Positions 39,216 to 48,030 of a stretch of 64,000 bases of DNA are shown piece after piece. The DNA is taken from positions 768,001-832,000 of the forward strand of contig CP046106.1 in the NCBI GenBank assembly GCA_013343275.1, read 5' to 3'. Under the pieces are notes generated by a model, which was given only the letters and a program-made list of their open reading frames with translations, did no database searches and had not been told where the DNA came from. Every line of letters begins with the position of its first letter. Position 1 is the stretch's first letter. Made by a program: the position numbers and the translations under genes. The DNA comes from Candidatus Nanohaloarchaea archaeon. Lineage in GTDB: Archaea > Nanohalarchaeota > Nanosalinia > Nanosalinales > Nanosalinaceae.

Positions 39216-39727
39216 TGACTAACGAGATGAAGCAGATAGAGATTGCAAAAATAACAGTAAATACCTCGGCTGGAGAGGTAGGAGACGAAGTAGAGAAAGG
39301 ATTTACACTTCTCGAAAAGCTTACCGGGAAGCAGCCGGTCAGAACATCCTCGAAAGACGCATCCAAAACGTTCGGACTGAGAGAAGGCCTGAACATTGGA
39401 GCAAAAGTAACACTTCGAGGAGAAGAAGCAAGAGAGTTCCTGGAAAAAGTACTACCTGCGGCAGACAACCAGATCTCTGCAGAATCATTCGACGGAAACG
39501 GAAACTTCGCATTCGGAATTGGAGAATACATCGATGTACCAGGAATGGACTATGATGCCGATATCGGCATGAAAGGATTCGAGGTAGTGGTCAACCTGGA
39601 GAGACCAGGATACAGAGTAAAGCGGAGAGATCACAAACCGGATGAAATCGGCAAAGACCACAAAGTCGATGACGAAGAAGCCAAGGACTTCGTCGAAGAA
39701 GAACTTGGAGCAGAGGTGGTAGAATAA
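39215..39727 (+). CDS. rpl5: 50S ribosomal protein uL5
   Basis: IGAKVTLRG, FDGNGNFAFGI and RPGYRV. Confidence 0.97.
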   Translation: MTNEMKQIEIAKITVNTSAGEVGDEVEKGFTLLEKLTGKQPVRTSSKDASKTFGLREGLNIGAKVTLRGEEAREFLEKVLPAADNQISAESFDGNGNFAFGIGEYIDVPGMDYDADIGMKGFEVVVNLERPGYRVKRRDHKPDEIGKDHKVDDEEAKDFVEEELGAEVVE

Positions 39728-39786
39728 TGATTAGAAATTCGGAGAATTTCATGATCACGCAGAAAACACGAGGTGTTTTCGAGTGA
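39727..39786 (+). repeat. Dual-hairpin micro-ORF cassette copy 4 (rpl5 to rps14); peptide [19 protein letters not shown]
   Basis: GAAATTC-GGA-GAATTTC and GAAAACAC-GAG-GTGTTTTC; the ATG overlaps the rpl5 TAA and the TGA overlaps the rps14 GTG (GTGA). Confidence 0.8.
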
Positions 39787-40007
39787 GCTACGAAGCAGTA
39801 CTGGAACAGATCAAACACAAGAAAGGAAAAAGACAGAAATTCGAGAAACACAACGCTCCAAAGGAAAGAGACTACGGAAAATCCAAGAAAGAATGCAGAA
39901 GATGCGGAAGAACAGGTAGAGGAGTCATCAGCAAATACGATCTCAACTACTGCAGACAGTGCTTCCGTGAAATCGCAGAAGAACTCGGATTCGAACAGCT
40001 CAACTAG
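39783..40007 (+). CDS. rps14: 30S ribosomal protein uS14 (zinc-binding)
   Basis: CRRCG...YCRQCFRE. Confidence 0.96.
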   Translation: MSYEAVLEQIKHKKGKRQKFEKHNAPKERDYGKSKKECRRCGRTGRGVISKYDLNYCRQCFREIAEELGFEQLN

Positions 40008-40019
40008 GTGACAAAGAAA

Positions 40020-40409
40020 ATGCAGCAAGATACATTCAGCGACGCAATGTCCTCCATCAACAACGCAGTAGATGCAGGCAACGAATACGCAACAATCAGT
40101 CCAACAAGCAGCCTGGTCAAGAACCTACTGCTTAAGCTACAGGAACTGGAATACATCGGCGTTTTCGAATATGTAGAAGACGGCCAGGGAGGCAAATTCC
40201 GAGTAGAAGTCAAAAACCAGGTAAACGAATGCCAGTCCGTAAAACCACGGTTCTCCGTACAGAACGAAGAATACGAGAAATGGGCCAAGAGATACCTACC
40301 GGCTCAAGGATTCGGAGAGCTACTGGTAACCACAAGCCACGGCCTCATGACACACTACGAGGCCCGTGAAGAAGGAATCGGCGGAAAACTACTAGGTTAC
40401 GTCTACTGA
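40020..40409 (+). CDS. rps8: 30S ribosomal protein uS8
   Basis: YIGVFE, KPRF, YLPA, TTSHG and GGKLLGYVY; ATG 40020 follows SD GGTGA. Confidence 0.96.
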   Translation: MQQDTFSDAMSSINNAVDAGNEYATISPTSSLVKNLLLKLQELEYIGVFEYVEDGQGGKFRVEVKNQVNECQSVKPRFSVQNEEYEKWAKRYLPAQGFGELLVTTSHGLMTHYEAREEGIGGKLLGYVY

Positions 40410-40424
40410 AGGTGAACAAGAAAA

Positions 40425-40958
40425 ATGACAGAACTAACATACGAGCTACCAGAAGGATTCGACGTAGAATACACAGATGACGGAGTCCTAAAGGTAGAAG
40501 GAAACGGAGAAGAAACAGAGAAGCAAATCCAGCACTCGCTGGTAGAAGTAGAAGTAGACGGAGATACAGTAAAGTTCACGCCACTAAGAGAGAAGAAAGA
40601 TATAGTCAGCGTGGCAAAGACATTTAGATCCCACCTAGAAAACATGGTAGAAGGCCTGCAGAACTCGCATGTCTACCATCTAAAAGGAGTATACGCACAC
40701 TTCCCGATGACAATCAAGAAGGAAGGCGATGAAGTAGTAGTCGAGAACTTCATGGGAGAAAGACACCCAAGAAGAGCAGACATCATGGAAGGCGTAGACG
40801 TAAACGTAGACGGCGACGAAATCACAGTAAAAGGCCCTAACAAGGATAAGGTAAGTCAGACAGCAGCACGGATCGAACAGCTTTCCCGCAAAGGAAACCG
40901 CGATCCACGTACTTTCCAGGACGGAATCTACATAACAGAGGTGACTCGAAGTGAGTAA
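40425..40958 (+). CDS. rpl6: 50S ribosomal protein uL6
   Basis: YAHFPM, NFMGE and DPRTFQDGIY. Confidence 0.97.
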   Translation: MTELTYELPEGFDVEYTDDGVLKVEGNGEETEKQIQHSLVEVEVDGDTVKFTPLREKKDIVSVAKTFRSHLENMVEGLQNSHVYHLKGVYAHFPMTIKKEGDEVVVENFMGERHPRRADIMEGVDVNVDGDEITVKGPNKDKVSQTAARIEQLSRKGNRDPRTFQDGIYITEVTRSE

Positions 40959-41286
40959 AGACTTCAAAAGACAGGAAACACACAAGAGAAACAGAGTAAA
41001 GAGCTCATGGAGAAAGCCTATCGGCCACCACTCCAATGCACGGCTCAAGAAGAAAAGCGCCCAGAAAATGCCAAAGGCAGGATTCAGAACGCCTAAGGAA
41101 GATAGAGGCAAACACCCTTCAGGATACGAAGAAGTACTTGTACACAATACTGACGATCTTGAGGAAGTAGATTCAGAGACCGAAGCTGCACGGATCGGCT
41201 CCACAGTAGGAGGCCGCAAAAGAGAACAGATAATCGAGAAAGCAGACGATCTTGAAATCAAAGTACTGAACAGAGGTGAAGAATAA
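40951..41286 (+). CDS. rpl32e: 50S ribosomal protein eL32
   Basis: FKRQ, WRKP, HPSGYEEVLV and VGGRKR. Confidence 0.96.
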   Translation: MSKDFKRQETHKRNRVKSSWRKPIGHHSNARLKKKSAQKMPKAGFRTPKEDRGKHPSGYEEVLVHNTDDLEEVDSETEAARIGSTVGGRKREQIIEKADDLEIKVLNRGEE

Positions 41287-41726
41287 TGGATCTAAAAAAC
41301 CAGAGAAGAATGGCAGCAGACATCATGGATGTCGGAGAAGACCGCGTATGGATCGATCCTGACAACCAGGAGAAAGTAGATGAAGCAATTACACGTCAGG
41401 ATATCAGAAACCTGATCGAAGGAGACACCATTCAGAAGAAAGAAAAGAAAGGAACAAGCAAAGGCCGAGCACGAGAGAAAAAGAAGCAGAAGAAGAAAGG
41501 ACGCAGGAAAGGCCAGGGCAGCAGACAGGGAAAGAAAGGAGCCCGTAAATCCGACAAGAAGAAATGGATGGAAAATATTCGAGCAATCCGATCAGAGCTC
41601 AAAGAAATGAGAGATAACGAAGAAATTACACAGGAACAGTACAGAGACCTGTACGACAGAGCAAAGGGAGGATTCTTTAGAGACACAAAACACCTCAAAA
41701 ACTACGTAGAGAACAAAATGGAGTGA
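41286..41726 (+). CDS. rpl19e: 50S ribosomal protein eL19
   Basis: QRRMAA, RVWIDP, GSRQGKKGAR and AKGGFF. Confidence 0.97.
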   Translation: MDLKNQRRMAADIMDVGEDRVWIDPDNQEKVDEAITRQDIRNLIEGDTIQKKEKKGTSKGRAREKKKQKKKGRRKGQGSRQGKKGARKSDKKKWMENIRAIRSELKEMRDNEEITQEQYRDLYDRAKGGFFRDTKHLKNYVENKME

Positions 41727-41731
41727 GTACA

Positions 41732-42241
41732 ATGGCAGAGACATCAAATTACAAAGTACCTTTCAGAAGGAGAAGAGAACAGAAAACAGACTATGAACAA
41801 CGGCTGAAGCTGGTTAAATCTGGAAAACCACGAGCAGTAGTAAGAACAAGCAACCAGCACACAAGATCACACCTTGCACACTACAAGCGAGAAGGTGACG
41901 TAAACGAGGCCCAGACACTCAGCAAAGAACTAGAAGAATACGGCTGGGAACATAACACAGGCAACCTGCCAGCAGCATACCTGACAGGATACCTGACAGC
42001 CAAAAAAGCAGACTCAGAAGAAGCAATCCTCGACATAGGTCTCAGGGAACAGAAAACAGGAGGCCGAATCTTCGCAGCAGTAAAAGGAATGAGAGACGCA
42101 GGCCTTGAAGTACCTGCAGGAGAAGAAGTATTCCCTGCTGAAGGAAGAATTAGAGGAGAACACATCGAAGAAATGAAAGAAGACTCAAACATTACAGAAA
42201 ACTTTGAAGAAGTCAAAGAAAACATCGAAGGTGAATTTTAA
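41732..42241 (+). CDS. rpl18: 50S ribosomal protein uL18
   Basis: FRRRREQKTDY and GNLPAAYLTG. Confidence 0.96.
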   Translation: MAETSNYKVPFRRRREQKTDYEQRLKLVKSGKPRAVVRTSNQHTRSHLAHYKREGDVNEAQTLSKELEEYGWEHNTGNLPAAYLTGYLTAKKADSEEAILDIGLREQKTGGRIFAAVKGMRDAGLEVPAGEEVFPAEGRIRGEHIEEMKEDSNITENFEEVKENIEGEF

Positions 42242-42912
42242 TGGCAGAACAGGAAATAGAAGAAGAAATCTGGACTCCAAAGACAAAACTCGGTAGAGCA
42301 GTGGCCAACGGCCAGATCACAACTATTGAACAGGCTCTAGACCATGAAAGACCGATCATGGAGCCAGAGATCGTCGACCAGCTGACAGATCTGGATGAAG
42401 AAGTAATGCTTATCGGAGGAACTCCGGGAAAGGGAGGCGGAAAAAGAAGAACAGTCTCCAAGAGAACAGCAAGAATGCACAAGTCAGGCGCAAGGTACAG
42501 TTCCAACGCAATGACAGTACTAGGAAACCGTAACGGAGTAATAGGACTAGGCGTAGGAGAATCAGACGATACACGAGCGGCAATCGACGACGCAAATAGA
42601 AACGCCAAGCTTAACCTGATCAAAGTACCTAGAGGAAACGGATCATGGGAGGACAAAGGAGATCACAAGGCCTCCATCCCATTCCAGGTAGAAGGAAAGT
42701 CAGGATCTGTAACAGTAGAGCTTAAACCTGCTCCAAGAGGAACAGGCCTAGTCGCATCCGACGACGTCAAGAAAGTAATGGAGCTCGCAGGAATCGACAA
42801 CATCTGGGTCAAATCCAGAGGAACAACAAGAACACGAGAGAACCTGATCAGAGCAACATTCAACGCTCTGGAGAAACTCTCCGAATATCAGCATGATGGT
42901 GACAACCAATGA
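42241..42912 (+). CDS. rps5: 30S ribosomal protein uS5
   Basis: WTPKTKLG, RGNGSWE and PAPRGTGL. Confidence 0.97.
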   Translation: MAEQEIEEEIWTPKTKLGRAVANGQITTIEQALDHERPIMEPEIVDQLTDLDEEVMLIGGTPGKGGGKRRTVSKRTARMHKSGARYSSNAMTVLGNRNGVIGLGVGESDDTRAAIDDANRNAKLNLIKVPRGNGSWEDKGDHKASIPFQVEGKSGSVTVELKPAPRGTGLVASDDVKKVMELAGIDNIWVKSRGTTRTRENLIRATFNALEKLSEYQHDGDNQ

Positions 42913-42962
42913 TGAAAATCGCAGATTTTCGTGATGCAGAAAACACAGGTGTTTTCGAATGA
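42909..42962 (+). repeat. Dual-hairpin micro-ORF cassette copy 5 (rps5 to rpl30); peptide MMKIADFRDAENTGVFE
   Basis: GAAAATC-GCA-GATTTTC and GAAAACA-CAGG-TGTTTTC; ATGA overlaps at both ends. Confidence 0.8.
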
Positions 42963-43306
42963 TTGCAGCAATCAGAGTAAGAGGAGACGTCGACGCAAGC
43001 GACAAAGCAAGTGCAACACTTCAGAACATGAACCTTGAAAGGAGAAATCAGTGCGTAGTATACGAGGACACTGATTCGATTCGAGGAATGCTGAACAAGG
43101 CCAAAGACTACATCACATATGGCCAGGTATCTGATGAAGCGCTTGAACTGCTTGAAGAAAGGAAAGGATCAGAAATTGAATCTGGCGATGTAATTAATCT
43201 AACACCTCCAAGCAGAGGTTATAAGGATACGAAGAGAAATGTAAATCAGGGCGGAAGCCTTGGTGAAAGAGAAAACCTAGATAACCTGATCGAGAAAATG
43301 GTGTAA
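42959..43306 (+). CDS. rpl30: 50S ribosomal protein uL30
   Basis: IRVRG, GMLNKAKDYITYG and LTPPSRG. Confidence 0.95.
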   Translation: MIAAIRVRGDVDASDKASATLQNMNLERRNQCVVYEDTDSIRGMLNKAKDYITYGQVSDEALELLEERKGSEIESGDVINLTPPSRGYKDTKRNVNQGGSLGERENLDNLIEKMV

Positions 43307-43339
43307 AGGCCTTTTCTCAAATTTTAAGGTGAACTATCA

Positions 43340-43765
43340 ATGACAAAGAGAAGATCCAAGAAGAATAAGTCCGGAAGCAACGGTTACGGAAGCTCCAAGA
43401 AGAACCGTGGAGCAGGAAGCCGTGGTGGAAGAGGTAAAGCAGGAACAGGAAAGAAAGCAAATCACGAAAAAATGACTGAAGATGGAGTCCATGAGCTAGG
43501 AGAAGAAGGATTTACTCCACACGGCTCCACAGAACAGAACGGAATCAACCTCAAGGACATCGATCAGCGGATCGAAGAGTTCGTCGAACAGGGAGTAGCA
43601 GAAGAAACCGATGATGGCTACATCTTCCACGCCGACGAAGCAGGATACGACAAAGTCCTTGGAAGCGGAAAGCTCTTCAAGGACATCGAAGTCCACGCGG
43701 AAGATTTCTCAGACTCCGCCAAAAGAAAGATTGAAGAATCAGGACAGGAAGCCGTAGAGGAATAA
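43340..43765 (+). CDS. rpl15: 50S ribosomal protein uL15
   Basis: RGAGSRGGRGKAG and GYDKVLGSG. Confidence 0.96.
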   Translation: MTKRRSKKNKSGSNGYGSSKKNRGAGSRGGRGKAGTGKKANHEKMTEDGVHELGEEGFTPHGSTEQNGINLKDIDQRIEEFVEQGVAEETDDGYIFHADEAGYDKVLGSGKLFKDIEVHAEDFSDSAKRKIEESGQEAVEE

Positions 43766-43769
43766 CAAA

Positions 43770-45164
43770 ATGTCTTGGATTGTCCAGGCCGCAGGCTATC
43801 TGCCAAGCGTTAAAGAACCCGAAAAAGAACAGTCGCTGAAGCAGATGCTGACCTGGACAGGTATAGTCCTCGTCCTGTACTTCATCCTAGGCTCCATCAA
43901 CCTGTACGGAGCAAACGCAGGCGCAGTAGAACAGGCCCTGCAGACACTACAGACATACCAGACCATTCTAGGAGCACAGATCGGCTCCATAATTACACTC
44001 GGAATCGGCCCAATCGTAACATCCTCCATCATACTGCAGATGCTGGTAGGATCAGAACTACTACCATGGAACACCAATAATGAAGAAGGAAAACAGAAAT
44101 TCCAGGCAGCACAGAAACTAATGGCCTACGCACTGACAATAGTACAGGCCTTCGGATACGTACTTAGCGGAACATTCGGAAACGTAGCAGGAGACCCACA
44201 GCTCATACTACTCCTCGCAGGCCAGATCACGCTCGGAGGATGGCTGATCATCATGATGGACGACCTCGTCCAGAAATGGGGATTCGGATCAGGAACAGGC
44301 CTATTCATCGCAGCAGGAGTATCCAGACAGGTATACATCACAATACTCTCCCCACTGGTAACACCTGAAAACCAGCTATTCTGGACAACAGGAGGAAACC
44401 CGGTCGGAAAACTATTCGTATTCGCACAGACACAGGACTTCACAGCACTAATCCCAATACTCTCAACAATCCTCGTATTCTCCGCAGTAGTATACATGCA
44501 GTCAATGCGTGTAGAAATACCGCTGACATTCGGAAACGTAAGAGGATTTGGACAGAAATGGCCTCTCAAATTCCTATACACATCCAACATGCCGGTAATC
44601 CTGATCGCAGCACTAGTATCAAACATACAGATCGTAGGAACAACACTGGCAGGTCCAGACGGCCAGAGCATCCTCGGAAGCTTCAGCGCACAGGGACAGG
44701 CCCAAGCAGGCCTCGTATACTGGCTTCAAGCACCTGTACAGGTATTCCAGAGCCTGATCACGTCAGGCCTACAGGGAGTAACACCGATGGATATATTCCA
44801 TATATTCTTCTACATCTCAGTGTACGCCTTCGGATCAGTACTGTTCAGCATCTTCTGGATGAAGACCAGCGGACAGGACGCCGATTCAGTTGCGGAACAG
44901 ATACAGGACACAGGTATGAAAGTACCAGGATTCCGAAAAGACAAACGAGTGATCAAGAAAGTACTCAACCGTTACATCCCAGGCCTCACAGTCCTTTCAG
45001 GATTCTCGGTAGGCCTGCTCGCAGCACTCGCAAACATGACACAGGCTGCAGGAGGAGGAACAGGAATCCTCTTGACAGTCATGATCCTCTACCAGCTATA
45101 CGAACAACTGGCACAGAAACACATGGAAGAACTTCACCCGGCAATGAAGGACTTCATCTCCTGA
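43770..45164 (+). CDS. secY: Preprotein translocase subunit SecY
   Basis: LGIGPIVT, KWGFGSG, YTSNMPVIL, PGFR and GTGILL. Confidence 0.98.
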   Translation: MSWIVQAAGYLPSVKEPEKEQSLKQMLTWTGIVLVLYFILGSINLYGANAGAVEQALQTLQTYQTILGAQIGSIITLGIGPIVTSSIILQMLVGSELLPWNTNNEEGKQKFQAAQKLMAYALTIVQAFGYVLSGTFGNVAGDPQLILLLAGQITLGGWLIIMMDDLVQKWGFGSGTGLFIAAGVSRQVYITILSPLVTPENQLFWTTGGNPVGKLFVFAQTQDFTALIPILSTILVFSAVVYMQSMRVEIPLTFGNVRGFGQKWPLKFLYTSNMPVILIAALVSNIQIVGTTLAGPDGQSILGSFSAQGQAQAGLVYWLQAPVQVFQSLITSGLQGVTPMDIFHIFFYISVYAFGSVLFSIFWMKTSGQDADSVAEQIQDTGMKVPGFRKDKRVIKKVLNRYIPGLTVLSGFSVGLLAALANMTQAAGGGTGILLTVMILYQLYEQLAQKHMEELHPAMKDFIS

Positions 45165-45226
45165 AAAACCCTCTTTTCCTTTACCCTTTAATCCCTCCGA
45201 ACCAAAAACAAAAGTGATAACAGAAA

Positions 45227-45940
45227 ATGGTACTAGCACAACTCAAAGCAACACTATTCCCATTCCTTACCCAGCTATTCCAGCCGGTACTGGCACAAGG
45301 CCCATACGTATCGCTGTTTTTCTTTTCGGCATGCCTGGCAGGCCTGTTCTCGATAATCTACTGGATACTGCTCGATATAGAGAAAGCAGATGAGATCAAG
45401 GACAAGATGAGCACACATCAGGAGAAAATGAAAGAGGCCCAGAAAGAAGACGACACAGAGAAGGCGCGGAAACACATGTCGAAGTCGATGAAGCTCAACC
45501 AGAAGTTCATGATGCTCAACTTCAAACCGATGATCGGCACCATGATCTTCGTGGCCTTCATGTTCCCATGGCTAGGCCACACCTATACACCTAGCGTTGC
45601 ACTGGATCCAGCGAACAACGATACAAACACCTCTCTGTACACAGGAACACTTGACTACGCTAACAGAGAGGCCGAAGTATTCTACTACAACAATACTGTA
45701 GAGATAGACAACAGAACTGCAGAGATCGGCCAGACAATCCATGCACTCGGAGTCAGATGGGATGTCAGAGGAGTGGACATGGCCAACAGCAGGCCCACCG
45801 CTCTACATTTGGATGCCAACTTTGCCAACATGCCTTTCGGCATACCGTTCGCAGGCAACACGATGAACTGGCTGCTGTTTTACATAATCATCACGATGCC
45901 TCTGACCTATATCTTCAGATCGGCATTAGGCATCCAGTAA
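45227..45940 (+). CDS. DUF106 / EMC3-TMCO1 (Oxa1 superfamily) membrane protein
   Basis: TM, coiled coil, FKPM and C-terminal WLLFYI; canonical position after secY. Confidence 0.82.
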   Translation: MVLAQLKATLFPFLTQLFQPVLAQGPYVSLFFFSACLAGLFSIIYWILLDIEKADEIKDKMSTHQEKMKEAQKEDDTEKARKHMSKSMKLNQKFMMLNFKPMIGTMIFVAFMFPWLGHTYTPSVALDPANNDTNTSLYTGTLDYANREAEVFYYNNTVEIDNRTAEIGQTIHALGVRWDVRGVDMANSRPTALHLDANFANMPFGIPFAGNTMNWLLFYIIITMPLTYIFRSALGIQ

Positions 45941-46036
45941 AATCTGCCTCTCTATATCTTCTTATTTCTACTCTAACTTTCTTTCCGCAGAAATCACTCA
46001 ATTCCCGATAAAAAACTAACCACACAACAACTAATT

Positions 46037-47005
46037 ATGGAGAACGCCTCGTGGTACACCCGGGAAAAGGCAGAGCCGTCTGAAGATTTCGGTACGCTGC
46101 CAGAGAAAAGAGATGTAGAGGAACTACTCCAGAAAGGCTTCTTCATAATCGATAAGCCGTTCGGACCGACAAGCAACCAGGTAAGCCACTGGGTAAAAGA
46201 AGAGCTCGACCTCAAAAAAACAGGGCACTTCGGCACACTGGATCCAAACGCTACAGGAATACTTCCAGTAGGCCTCAATCAGGGAACACGAGTAAACAAC
46301 GCCCTTGCACAGGCCCGTAAAGAATACATATTTCTGGCAGAGCTCGACGAAGAGAAAACAGAGGAAGAAATCAGGGAGAAACTCCACGAGTTTAAAGGAG
46401 TGAACAAACAGGTGCCTCCGGAAAAATCTGCTGTCAAAAAAGAGGAGCGCGAAAGAGAAGTATACGAAATAGAACTACTTGAAGCCTCCGATAAAGAAGT
46501 TCTCGGAAGAGTAAAATGCGAGTCAGGATTCTACGTAAGAGTGCTAATCAGAGAGCTCGGAGAAGAACTCGATACAGAAGCAGAAATGACAGAACTCCGG
46601 AGAACACAGCAAGGCCAGCTCACAGAAACAGAAGCAAATACTTTACAGGACATAGTCGATGCATACCACTTCTACCAGGAAGAAGACGACGAAGAAGCCT
46701 TCCGAGAAGTAATCTATCCTATCGAAAAAGCAGTCAACCATCTCAGAAAAGTAGTGATCAAAGACTCAGCAGTAAACGCCGTAGCCAACGGAGCAGACCT
46801 CGGTGCTCAAGGAATTAGTCAGCTACAGGACGATATCAGCGAAGGAGAACAGATCGCGGTAATGACTTTGAAAGGAGAGCTAGTCGCACTTGCAGAGGCC
46901 CAGATGACCTCAGAAGAAATGTACGACAGTGAAGACACAGCAGCAACCCTGAACTCAGTACACATGGATCCAGAAACCTACCCGAAAAGATGGAAACAGA
47001 GCTAA
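46037..47005 (+). CDS. cbf5: H/ACA and tRNA pseudouridine synthase Cbf5
   Basis: DKPFGPTS, GHFGTLDP, QVPPEKSAVK, ELRRT and a C-terminal PUA domain. Confidence 0.95.
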   Translation: MENASWYTREKAEPSEDFGTLPEKRDVEELLQKGFFIIDKPFGPTSNQVSHWVKEELDLKKTGHFGTLDPNATGILPVGLNQGTRVNNALAQARKEYIFLAELDEEKTEEEIREKLHEFKGVNKQVPPEKSAVKKEEREREVYEIELLEASDKEVLGRVKCESGFYVRVLIRELGEELDTEAEMTELRRTQQGQLTETEANTLQDIVDAYHFYQEEDDEEAFREVIYPIEKAVNHLRKVVIKDSAVNAVANGADLGAQGISQLQDDISEGEQIAVMTLKGELVALAEAQMTSEEMYDSEDTAATLNSVHMDPETYPKRWKQS

Positions 47006-47062
47006 AAAAGGCCTTCTTAATTTAAAACTTCTATCTCAAAATCAACTATACAGACATCTAAA

Positions 47063-47148
47063 GCCGGAGTGACTGAGTGGCTAAAGGTGCCACCCTGGAA
47101 AGGTGGTGAGGCACACGCCTCTCCTGGGTTCAAATCCCAGCTCCGGCG
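47063..47148 (+). tRNA. tRNA-Ser(GGA)
   Basis: Acceptor GCCGGAG/CTCCGGC, anticodon arm CCACC-CTGGAAA-GGTGG, long variable arm and TTCAAAT. Confidence 0.96.
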
Positions 47149-47160
47149 ACTTAATCTCTT

Positions 47161-47544
47161 CTAGTTTCCGCCGTTCCTTTCTGCAGCCTTTGAAATTACT
47201 ATTTCTCTCTGTACGTGATAGTGCTCTCGGTAGAACTCCATGAAGTACTTTGAAAACCCGTATATCACGAAGAGCAGAGTTACTCCTATATATGAGGCTA
47301 TCTTCTGAAGGATGTAGGCCTGAGGTAGGCCGAAGGTCGCTGCTACCGAAGCTATCAATCCTGCGTAAAGCAGGGATTTTACAATTAGATGGATGGTCTT
47401 AGCTGACCGAAACTTGTCAAGACCGCTCTCATATGATTTAAGCTCTTCCTCATTCAATTCATCTCTAAGGAAGTCTCTTACCTCTTTATCGGCCCTGCCT
47501 AACGGCGTCAACTGGAAAACTTTTTTCTTCAAGGAGTACATCAC
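47161..47544 (-). CDS. Hypothetical two-TM membrane protein
   Basis: Two hydrophobic segments; overlaps the NUDIX gene stop. Confidence 0.65.
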   Translation of the reverse strand: MMYSLKKKVFQLTPLGRADKEVRDFLRDELNEEELKSYESGLDKFRSAKTIHLIVKSLLYAGLIASVAATFGLPQAYILQKIASYIGVTLLFVIYGFSKYFMEFYREHYHVQREIVISKAAERNGGN

Positions 47545-47975
47545 CTGAACTTCTCCAAGGCCTCTAAACTATGCTTTTTGATCTCGTTACTCGCATCCAA
47601 CTGCTTTACCTCTTTTTCGCTTAACCAGGCCATCTCCTCGATTCCTTCCTCGGTCTCGAAATCATCCTCGTCTGTCTCGACATAGAAAACTGAATCAATA
47701 TGCTGGTGATGGTCATTGATGTCCTGGAGCAAGACTTTGTCTGGCTTCGGAAGCTTTTCGACTCCATCTGATAACTTCTCCCGGCCTTCAATACTTATGT
47801 TCAGGTCTGATTCTTCTTTCACTTCTCTTTCAGCTGCTTTATGCGGTAGTTCGTCCCTGTCGATATGTCCGCCTACCGGCAGCCATTTATCCAGTTTCTT
47901 GTGGAAGTGCAGAAGCACTCTGTCGCTGTTTACCACGAAACAGGTTGCGGTAAAGTGGCGGGTTGTCTCGACCAT
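47541..47975 (-). CDS. NUDIX hydrolase
   Basis: GGHIDRDELPHKAAEREVKEESDL Nudix box. Confidence 0.92.
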   Translation of the reverse strand: MVETTRHFTATCFVVNSDRVLLHFHKKLDKWLPVGGHIDRDELPHKAAEREVKEESDLNISIEGREKLSDGVEKLPKPDKVLLQDINDHHQHIDSVFYVETDEDDFETEEGIEEMAWLSEKEVKQLDASNEIKKHSLEALEKFR

Positions 47976-48030
47976 GAACAAGTTTTGGCCTCGGGAGCTA
48001 TAAAACTCTCAAGATTGAAACAATCAAGTA

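Noticed and set aside
42909-42936. Box C/D or K-turn reading of ATGATGA...GTGA in cassette copy 5
   Set aside because: The boxes are not conserved in the other four copies; ATGA is better explained by stop/start overlap.
32545-42962. Cassette repeats as a CRISPR array or IS ends
   Set aside because: The copies are kilobases apart with no spacers, cas genes, transposase or target-site duplications.
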